Assembly (NCBI GenBank): GCA_048938005.1
Contig: JBHLMQ010000043.1
Coordinates: forward strand, 1-26,183
Direction: 5' to 3'
Length of the DNA: 26,183 nucleotides
DNA from: Promethearchaeota archaeon
GTDB taxonomy: Archaea > Asgardarchaeota > Lokiarchaeia > Sigyniarchaeales > SOKP01
In this document: in pieces, positions 9,118 through 16,814 of the stretch
Numbering within the stretch: position 1 is the first letter of the stretch
Layout of the letters: each line of letters opens with the position of its first letter
Position numbers and translations under genes: made by a program
Notes under the pieces: model-generated
What the model was told of the DNA's origin: nothing
The model's database searches: none
What the model saw: only the letters and a program-made list of their open reading frames with translations

Positions 9118-9161
9118 TTAGAATGATCCTTTCAAAAAAATGGTAGTTGAAGGGTAACTAA
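9118..9161 (+). promoter_or_regulatory. Candidate 3'-UTR SECIS element (eukaryote/Loki-like)
   Basis: TTAG-A-ATGA-T-CCTTTCAA-AAAAATGGTAG-TTGAAGGG-T-AA-CTAA. It has a lower stem TTAG/CTAA, an AUGA core, an 8-bp upper stem and an A-run at the 5' side of the loop. It starts 7 nt after the stop codon. The 3' core reads AA instead of the canonical GA. Confidence 0.65.
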
Positions 9162-9180
9162 CTCATAGTGTGGGTTTTTT
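9161..9180 (+). terminator. Possible terminator: short hairpin plus U-tract between convergent genes
   Basis: ACTCA-TAGTG-TGGGT followed by TTTTT. Confidence 0.35.
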
Positions 9181-9186
9181 AAAATA

Positions 9187-10317
9187 TTATAATTGAGTAT
9201 TTGTTTTTAATGAAATTAATTTTTTATACCAATTAAGTTTCTTATTTATCCAATCTCGACTTTCGCTAGCTGCTACAATAAATTGTTCAATTAATCCATA
9301 AGAAAGAAGAGATTTGATTATTTTATGACCTATTTCTGTTCGAATAAGTATCATTGAATAATCTTTTGGTGCTCCAGATGATCCAATACTTATATCTGAA
9401 AATCGACCAGTAAATTCATTACATTCGTGGCAATGTTTTCTGATTGCAGGGTCTAGTTTTTTGATGTCTACTTCAATTTCTTCATTTTTTTTAGTAGATA
9501 TAAAAAAATTCTTCTTTATCCATGTTTTTTCAATATTAATTGGATTTACATTTACTTCTTTTCTTAAGATATCGAATAATTTGCTATAATCAAAATTTTC
9601 GAAACAAAAGAGACTTATAATATATTTAATAACATGAGCGGGTTTAATACGTAAAAAACGCATTTTGCTTATTGCTCTGCATTGACAAGGTGTGCCAACA
9701 AATGCCAAGCGTAATTGGTCTATGTCAAAAATCCTTCTTTTCCTGAAAATTTCTTGTGAAATATGATATAAATCCTTTAAAGGGATTATCTGAGAAGATA
9801 TGGAAAAGCGTGTCCCTGCTGATTTTAACAAATCATCTTTGTCAAATATAATTTTTGGAATTGGTTTAAAGTTTTTATCAAATTCCGAAACTATAGCGGC
9901 ATCAATCTTGTATTTATCAAATAGATAAGCTAGAATTGTTGAAACTACACCTCCATTTTGTCCAAGTTTCGCTATCGCAGCGTTTGTTGTTTTTGCTGCG
10001 AGAATTTTAATAATATGTCCAATTTTATCTTCAATTTTGTAAGCATTATTTAATTCTTTTAATAATGGGGAAGTTTGAGGACATATATAATAACATACAC
10101 CACATTCAGTACAATTATAGCCATTTTTTTCTGATTTAAACCTTGGTATATATTCATCCATTTCAATAACATCAAAATTTTGACTTTCACAATATGCTAC
10201 ACATGCAGCACAACTACAGCATTTATCAGTTTGTATAATTTCATTATCAAGGTCTTTAAAAGTTTTTAAATTAAAATCAATAAATTTTTTAGAATTTGAT
10301 TCAGTCATAATAACCAT
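9187..10317 (-). CDS. FrhB-like F420-dependent oxidoreductase beta subunit with an N-terminal ferredoxin domain (second copy)
   Basis: CCSCAACVAYC, CTECGVCYYICP, GQNGGVVS, FVGTPCQ, LFCFENF, CHECNEF..RFSDISIG. The start may be ATG 10308. Confidence 0.88.
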   Translation of the reverse strand: MVIMTESNSKKFIDFNLKTFKDLDNEIIQTDKCCSCAACVAYCESQNFDVIEMDEYIPRFKSEKNGYNCTECGVCYYICPQTSPLLKELNNAYKIEDKIGHIIKILAAKTTNAAIAKLGQNGGVVSTILAYLFDKYKIDAAIVSEFDKNFKPIPKIIFDKDDLLKSAGTRFSISSQIIPLKDLYHISQEIFRKRRIFDIDQLRLAFVGTPCQCRAISKMRFLRIKPAHVIKYIISLFCFENFDYSKLFDILRKEVNVNPINIEKTWIKKNFFISTKKNEEIEVDIKKLDPAIRKHCHECNEFTGRFSDISIGSSGAPKDYSMILIRTEIGHKIIKSLLSYGLIEQFIVAASESRDWINKKLNWYKKLISLKTNTQL

Positions 10318-10338
10318 CCTTTTATTTCTAATTTTTAA

Positions 10339-10818
10339 TTAATTACGTTTAAATTCCATTATTCCAAATTTTTTGGGGATTTTTGATTCCCCTAACTCTT
10401 TAATTGTTTTTGTAAATTCTATGATAAGCTCTGAAAATTGTTTCCCTTCGCTTGCTGAAATTGAGTATACCCGAAATCTCCCTTCCTCAATTCCGATCAT
10501 TTTTAATAAATTCTTTAAATGTTCCATTCTGATTAGCATATATTCAAAACCGTGTATATAATGACAATCACCCTTATGGCATCCAATAATTAATACACCA
10601 TCTATTCCATTATTAAAAGATCTTAAAATATATATAGGCTCAATTCTGCTTGAACACATTACTCTAACAATTCTAATGTTTGGAGGGTATTGGAATCTTG
10701 ATACTCCTGCTAAATCCGCTCCAGCATAACTACACCAATTACAGCAAAATACTAAAATAGTTGGTTCAAAATCTTTGATTAATCTTTTCTTAATTTTTAA
10801 CAAGTTATACTCACCCAT
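10339..10818 (-). CDS. mvhD: Hydrogenase [2Fe-2S] subunit MvhD (Cys form)
   Basis: FCCNWCSYAGADLAG, RVMCSSRI, GCHKGDCHY, ISASEG. Confidence 0.95.
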   Translation of the reverse strand: MGEYNLLKIKKRLIKDFEPTILVFCCNWCSYAGADLAGVSRFQYPPNIRIVRVMCSSRIEPIYILRSFNNGIDGVLIIGCHKGDCHYIHGFEYMLIRMEHLKNLLKMIGIEEGRFRVYSISASEGKQFSELIIEFTKTIKELGESKIPKKFGIMEFKRN

Positions 10819-10820
10819 CT

Positions 10821-13800
10821 TTAAGCAATATCATATATAGGTGATTCTATTCCTGGTAATAAATCAATCATCTGGTTAATTTGAAACTTGCTAAAATGAT
10901 TTTGATCTATAGCACCAACTGAGCATTCTGCAACACATCCTCCGCAACCTTTACAAACAGCTTTAATTACACGAGCTTTATGTATATTAATAGTATATAA
11001 ACCCATTTGTTTTGTAGTTTCATATAATTCGATGGCGTTATAAGGGCAAATTTCAGCACATCTACCGCATCCAATGCATTTATCTTCATTAATTTCAGAT
11101 GTTATACACTCAGCTTCTATTTCTCCTTTTATCATTAATATCGCTGCTCTACCAGCTGCCCCATATGCTTGAGTTATACTTTCACCAATCCATTTTGGCC
11201 AATGAGCCCCACCACATAAAAAAATACCTTCTGTTGCAAAATCTATTGGTCTAAGCTTTGCATCAGCTTCTAAAAAAAAACCATCTTTATTTGTTGGAAC
11301 TTTCAACAATTTCGCTAATTGTTCAGTTCCTTCGGCAGGGACTTTAGGGGTGGCTAATATTAATAAATCAACATTATATTCTAAGTCTGTTCCAGCACCA
11401 ATGTTTTTATATCTTATATGAAATTTGCCATTTTCGTCGCTGATTTTAATATCATCAATTGAATTGTATTTCTCATACGTAACTTTTTGTCGAAGATTTC
11501 GCCATAGATTTTCAGCATTTAAATCTGAAAATTGAAACTCTCTATATAAAACATGAATATGTGCTTTTGGGTTGATATTTAACAATTTCTCGATATTTTT
11601 TAATGCTACTCCACAACAAATATTAGAACAATAGGTTTTTATATTATCTCCATTATTATATTGGTTCCTCCTTTGATCTACGCATAGTATTATTAAAGCA
11701 TCATTAAATCTAGGAATATCTTCATCCTTAGTAGATGTTAATTCTGTTTGGGTTAAGACCTGTTTGGGATATCTTTCTGATAAATAGGACCATCGATTTG
11801 TCTTTATTTGCTTGGTTCCCGTAGCTACAATTATAGTACCTACTTTGAATAATTGATCTTCTGAATTTTTTTGGAGATTTCTAACTTTAACTTGATAATT
11901 TCCAACATAACCTTGAATATCAACAACTAGAGAGTTTAATAAAATATGAACATTAGAATTATTCTTCAAATCATTAATTTTCTGTAAAATTTGAGTTTTC
12001 GTAATAGGTATATAATATAAATCAATAAATTCGATTGCCACTCCTCCAAGTAAAGATTTCTTATCTACAAGATAAACTTCAAATCCTTGGTTCGCTAAAT
12101 TATGTGCAGCAGTTATTCCTGCTATTCCGCCACCAATTATTAAAGATGATTTTATAACTTTAACTTTAATAATATCTAACGGTTTTAAATTAATTACTTT
12201 TCCCAAATACATTCTAATTAAATCGCATGCTTTTTTCGTTGCCATTTCAGGCTCTTTTTGATGAACCCAAGAATCTTGGTTTCTTATATTTACTAGCTCA
12301 AATAAAAATGGATTCAAACCAACTTCTTTTAAAGTACTCCTAAATAATTGTTCATGTGTTCTAGGAGTACAAGAAGCGACTATAAATCTATTAAGATTAT
12401 ATTTTATGATTAAGTCTTTAATACGTTCTTGGGAATCAGAGCTACAAGAATACATATTTTCCTCAACATGAACAACATAAGGCAATTTAGAAACATAATT
12501 TACTACTTCAGAAACATTAACAATGCCTCCGATATTAGTACCACATCGACAAACTAAAATACCTACTCGAGGTGTATCCTCAGGTGTTATTGTTATTTCT
12601 GGAGGATATTTAATTTTTTTTATTTTTTGAAATCTAACAGAGTATAATTTTTCACTAATTTTAGCCGCACATGCAGAACCTTCAGCAACGGCCATTTGAA
12701 TATCATTTGGTTTTCTAGAATAACCAGTTACAAATATATTCTTTCTTTCAAGTAAGATTATATCTTTTTCACGAATATAGCCTAAATCATTAGAATTCAC
12801 ATTCAGTTGTTTTAAAAGTTTATAATAAGAAGGAGTTGGAGATAATGCACTAGCTAATACAGCCATATCCACTTCAAAAGTTCCAACTTTCCCTCTGTCA
12901 ACGTCCTCGAAATATAGTTTTAATTTCCCGTTAGCTAAATTCCCTTTGATATATGAAACGCGACCATTAATATATTTAACCTTATATTCATATTTACTTT
13001 TTTCAATAAACTCATAAAAGCTCTTCCCTTTAGCTCTGATTTCTGTATTAAAAATATAACATTCAATATTTGGATCATGTTCTTTAACAACAATAGCTTC
13101 TTTAGCTGAATTCATACAGCATATAGCAGAACAATATTTTTTACATCCAGAATGATGAACGTTCCGAGAACCTACACATTGTATAAAAGCAATTGATTGA
13201 GGACGTTTTTTATCATCTAATTTTATAATTTGCCCACCGGTAGGTCCATTTGCAGATAATAAGCGTTCAAATTGCATACTAGACAAGACATTTGGGGAAT
13301 CACCCGCGAAATTAGTATATATTTCTGGCATTTCTTGGCTCTCTCCTGTAGCAATAACAATAGCACCTACATTTAATGTTATTTCTTCTGGTTTTTGGAA
13401 AAAATCTATAGCGTCAGCATTACAAGCATTAGCACAAATTCCACATATTCGAAAATTCAAATATAAACAATTTGTATCATCAATAAGATATACTGGAGGT
13501 ACTGATGATGGAAAAGGAATATATATACTTTCTCGAGTTTTTAAATGGGTATCAAATTCGCTAGGAATTCCTTTAACTGGACAAATTTTTGCGCAATCTC
13601 CACATCCTTTACAAACATCTTCTTTTATATATCTTGGCTTTCTTATAACTAATATTGTGTAATTCCCTGCACATCCTCTAATTTTTTTAACATAAGAATA
13701 AGTAAATAACTCAATATTTGGATTTCTATACACATCAACCATTTTAGGAGCTAAAATACACAAACTGCAATCAAGTGTAGGAAATATTTTATCTAATTGA

Positions 13801-13934
13801 GCCATAGTTCCTCCAATTGTAGGTTTAATTTCAACTAGATATACTTTAAACCCTAACTTAGTGAGGTCTAATGATGCCTGTATACCAGCTATTCCACCCC
13901 CGATAACTAAAACATTACTCTGCAGTTTTTGCAT
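10821..13934 (-). CDS. hdrA: Large HdrA-like protein with two FAD-binding modules (1037 aa)
   Basis: Two GGGIAG Rossmann motifs and two cluster motifs (QCVGSR..YCSAICC; LCVDQR..YCSNICC). The HdrA N-terminal domain (GILVCRCGTNI, ASCTPRTH) sits in the middle, and there is a C-terminal 2x[4Fe-4S] domain. Confidence 0.9.
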   Translation of the reverse strand: MQKLQSNVLVIGGGIAGIQASLDLTKLGFKVYLVEIKPTIGGTMAQLDKIFPTLDCSLCILAPKMVDVYRNPNIELFTYSYVKKIRGCAGNYTILVIRKPRYIKEDVCKGCGDCAKICPVKGIPSEFDTHLKTRESIYIPFPSSVPPVYLIDDTNCLYLNFRICGICANACNADAIDFFQKPEEITLNVGAIVIATGESQEMPEIYTNFAGDSPNVLSSMQFERLLSANGPTGGQIIKLDDKKRPQSIAFIQCVGSRNVHHSGCKKYCSAICCMNSAKEAIVVKEHDPNIECYIFNTEIRAKGKSFYEFIEKSKYEYKVKYINGRVSYIKGNLANGKLKLYFEDVDRGKVGTFEVDMAVLASALSPTPSYYKLLKQLNVNSNDLGYIREKDIILLERKNIFVTGYSRKPNDIQMAVAEGSACAAKISEKLYSVRFQKIKKIKYPPEITITPEDTPRVGILVCRCGTNIGGIVNVSEVVNYVSKLPYVVHVEENMYSCSSDSQERIKDLIIKYNLNRFIVASCTPRTHEQLFRSTLKEVGLNPFLFELVNIRNQDSWVHQKEPEMATKKACDLIRMYLGKVINLKPLDIIKVKVIKSSLIIGGGIAGITAAHNLANQGFEVYLVDKKSLLGGVAIEFIDLYYIPITKTQILQKINDLKNNSNVHILLNSLVVDIQGYVGNYQVKVRNLQKNSEDQLFKVGTIIVATGTKQIKTNRWSYLSERYPKQVLTQTELTSTKDEDIPRFNDALIILCVDQRRNQYNNGDNIKTYCSNICCGVALKNIEKLLNINPKAHIHVLYREFQFSDLNAENLWRNLRQKVTYEKYNSIDDIKISDENGKFHIRYKNIGAGTDLEYNVDLLILATPKVPAEGTEQLAKLLKVPTNKDGFFLEADAKLRPIDFATEGIFLCGGAHWPKWIGESITQAYGAAGRAAILMIKGEIEAECITSEINEDKCIGCGRCAEICPYNAIELYETTKQMGLYTINIHKARVIKAVCKGCGGCVAECSVGAIDQNHFSKFQINQMIDLLPGIESPIYDIA

Positions 13935-13989
13935 TTTTTAATCATCATAAAATATTATTTATTTAACAAATCGAGTTTTCACAATGTAT

Positions 13990-15246
13990 TTAAACAAGAA
14001 AAAGCAATTTTCCTATAAAGCTTGCTAAATCCATCACCTTTATATTGTTTCTTAGATCTTTTTTCTCTTCATTTGAAGAAGGTTCGTTTAGATAACAATT
14101 GAAATGTGTCAAACATTTTGGACAACAAACAATTAAGTATTCCGCGCTAGTATTAATTGCTTCATTTATACGATTTTGCCTTAAAAAGCGTGAATATTCA
14201 TTACAATTTAGAAATGTTGCGACGCCACAACAATTAGCATCATCTTTAATATTATCCATTTCTATCAATTCAACTCCTGGAATTTGTCGTATCAATTCTC
14301 TTGGAGCGTCATATAATTTTCCACCTAAACGTCCCATTCGACAAGAGTCATGATATGTTACCTTAATCTCAGAACTTTGAGGAAATTTAACATATTCAAG
14401 AATTTTTTCTTTTAAAAAAAATTCAGAATAATGAAAAACTTTGAAATCAAAACCATCTACTATTTTTGGATAATCATATTTCCATATTCTATATCCTTCA
14501 GCACATCCAACTATAACAATTTTTACTCCAGCATCCTTATAAAGCTGGGTATTATATTCAGCAAATTTTATAAAAGTTTCAATATCGCCCTCACCCCATA
14601 AAATATCATGGCCACAGCATTTTTCATTTAAAACTACCGGTACAATATTGGCCTCATTAAGTAAGCTTATTATCGTTATGGGTATTTCGGTATAATTACA
14701 TTTAAAATTATAAAAAATTTCTTCCATTAAAGGCAAACATCCAATAAAATAAGCAATTTCGCCTGAATCTGCTGTTTTTAGCTCTTTTTCTTCCAAAAAA
14801 TCTAATTTATTTGGATTTATTGGATTATTTGCTGTCATTTTCGAAATTAAGGGTACAATTTCATTATGAGTTTCACACTGAGTAATTCTATCAATTTGAA
14901 TTTTACTATTTCTTGATGCCTTTCTCAATTCTAAGATTAAATCAGGTATTCTTACTCCTAAATTCTCTTGAGTCATTGGACAATATATTGAACATTGACC
15001 ACATGTAAGGCAATTCCATATATTATGATTAGTTAAGACTTCTTCTATTGGATATAAGATTAAATCTCCTACCAATTTTCGTGGAAAAAATACGTCTAAA
15101 TGCGAAAGTGGACACACATTTACACATCGATTGCAGGCAAAACAATAATTTGCCATTGAAATTACATTTTTAATAGTTACCCCTAAGTTTTGAAAGTTAG
15201 AATTACTACACTTAATTTCATTGTTAATATAAGAAGACATAGACAA
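13990..15246 (-). CDS. HdrD-like Fe-S oxidoreductase (4Fe-4S dicluster plus two CCG domains)
   Basis: CFACNRCVNVCP, CLTCGQCSIYCP, KCCGH, GCAEG, YHDSCRMGR, NCCG, CCPKC. The start is TTG 15246 or ATG 15240. Confidence 0.88.
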   Translation of the reverse strand: MSMSSYINNEIKCSNSNFQNLGVTIKNVISMANYCFACNRCVNVCPLSHLDVFFPRKLVGDLILYPIEEVLTNHNIWNCLTCGQCSIYCPMTQENLGVRIPDLILELRKASRNSKIQIDRITQCETHNEIVPLISKMTANNPINPNKLDFLEEKELKTADSGEIAYFIGCLPLMEEIFYNFKCNYTEIPITIISLLNEANIVPVVLNEKCCGHDILWGEGDIETFIKFAEYNTQLYKDAGVKIVIVGCAEGYRIWKYDYPKIVDGFDFKVFHYSEFFLKEKILEYVKFPQSSEIKVTYHDSCRMGRLGGKLYDAPRELIRQIPGVELIEMDNIKDDANCCGVATFLNCNEYSRFLRQNRINEAINTSAEYLIVCCPKCLTHFNCYLNEPSSNEEKKDLRNNIKVMDLASFIGKLLFLV

Positions 15247-15480
15247 TTATTCCTCGATGTAAATTTCAAAATATCCGCATTTAGAACAAACATAAGTTCT
15301 AACATTAGGAGCCCTGCGTCTGAAAATGTAGTCTTTATTTTCTAGAAGTGCCCCACATTTAATGCAAATTTCTTTTTCTTCCTTCTTTTCTATTAACGTG
15401 TATTTACCACCCCCAATTTTAATATAAAATTTAATATTTTTAGGAATTAAATATATTATTTTGAAAAGATCAATCTCCAT
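15247..15480 (-). CDS. Small zinc-ribbon protein
   Basis: CIKCG...CSKCGYFEIY; abuts the hdrD-like start. The true start is uncertain, because an internal GGGGGTGG SD-like run at about 15406-15413 suggests a shorter product. Confidence 0.7.
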   Translation of the reverse strand: MEIDLFKIIYLIPKNIKFYIKIGGGKYTLIEKKEEKEICIKCGALLENKDYIFRRRAPNVRTYVCSKCGYFEIYIEE

Positions 15481-15895
15481 TATAAAAGAAGTAATTTATA
15501 TTTAAAAATTCTTACATTGAATAGAGTTTTTTCTCCATTATTAAATCTAAAAATAGAATTAATACTATGTATAATTAATAATATTAATCTTTTTGGTAAT
15601 AACATATGATGATTTTGAGAACATTTTTGATCGAGATGGATAATCCTATATCTAATTTATACATATTATTTAACGATATTTTTAAAATGAAAAAGACATT
15701 TTAAAGATTTTAACAGATTTGTGAATTAATACTTAGCAATCTTGTCTATATTCATATATTAGTAATTCTAAGTCTATTAAGGTTATTAACCTCTTTCATC
15801 AAAGAATAATTCTAAAATAAGACTAATTTTAATTTTCTACTGATTGAATAAAAAAATAATTAAAATCTATCATTTAATTTTTTTATCAAAATATT

Positions 15896-15913
15896 TGACA
15901 AAAATAATTTTCA
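15896..15913. promoter_or_regulatory. Candidate operator TGACA-N8-TTTCA
   Basis: An inverted near-copy of the site at 16003-16020. Confidence 0.5.
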
Positions 15914-15973
15914 AAACATAATTTTTAAAATTATGAAATCGTTAAAGTGAGGTTAAATCTTCAATTTTCTTAA

Positions 15974-16084
15974 TGATAAGAAAAATTATTTAAATAATAT
16001 TTTGAAAATTTTATTTGTCAAAATGACTAAAATTTTTCTTATCAAATTATTTAAATTTTAATCAAATTATTATATAATTGGAAT
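15974..16084 (+). promoter_or_regulatory. Promoter block homologous to 6875-6956. TGAAA-N8-TGTCA (16003-16020) is flanked by a perfect 14-bp inverted repeat, TGATAAGAAAAATT (15974-15987) / AATTTTTCTTATCA (16031-16044).
   Basis: Direct sequence comparison. Confidence 0.7.
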
Positions 16085-16184
16085 TAATCTCATAGCTCAA
16101 AAAGATGGATTGGGTTCATCTTATGAAGTTATGATAGTTTCATGAAGTTATATTAAAAATAACATAAAAAGGTATATATTTAAG

Positions 16185-16814
16185 ATGGAAGTATTAGAAT
16201 TAAAACCAATAAAAAACAAAAGTATATGTATATATTTAATAGAAAAATCGAGATTTAATTTTCTACTCAATGATATTGAAAATTTAAATGAATTAATACA
16301 TAAGAATGATATTAACTTTATTACAATTGATATAGATGGCGAAGATTTCAAAAAGTTCAAAAATTCAAGTTTTTCAAAGGTTCTCAATGCTTTAAATATA
16401 GAATATTATCTATTAGATATGCCTGAGTATGCATATGGATATATATATGAAGAAATAGTGAGAAAAGAAGAACAAGTTAGTGAATTATTACATGAATATC
16501 AAAATATGATTGATAAAGACTCTTTTAAATGCCTAAACTTAAAATCCTGGATTGATGTTCTTAAGAACGAAATAATACAGGACAAAAATATTTTAGAATT
16601 AAAAATAAGACCACAATGGATTGTTAAAAAAATTTTAAATTTAGTTAAAAAACAAAAAAATGAGAATATTTCTCTAATTCATTTTGCTCATGAAAAAATT
16701 ATTTCAGAAACAATTAAGCAATTAAATGAGCTTCATATAGAAGTAATTTTTTATGACTTTAATTGTATTTACAATATCCCATATTTAATTATAAAACAAG
16801 GGGAGAGTAATTAA
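16185..16814 (+). CDS. Hypothetical protein, paralogous to the N-terminal domain of the downstream gene
   Basis: Starts MEVLELKPIKNKS versus MEVLELKPLKKKS, with colinear similarity throughout. TAATG stop/start overlap with the next gene. Confidence 0.8.
   Translation: MEVLELKPIKNKSICIYLIEKSRFNFLLNDIENLNELIHKNDINFITIDIDGEDFKKFKNSSFSKVLNALNIEYYLLDMPEYAYGYIYEEIVRKEEQVSELLHEYQNMIDKDSFKCLNLKSWIDVLKNEIIQDKNILELKIRPQWIVKKILNLVKKQKNENISLIHFAHEKIISETIKQLNELHIEVIFYDFNCIYNIPYLIIKQGESN

Noticed and set aside
10339-10818. MvhD (and MvhA) as selenoproteins
   Set aside because: These families can carry Sec, but the copies here have Cys codons and no in-frame TGA.
15606-15704. 32-codon plus-strand ORF in the long intergenic region
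   Set aside because: No clear SD and no motif; cannot be distinguished from chance in AT-rich DNA.
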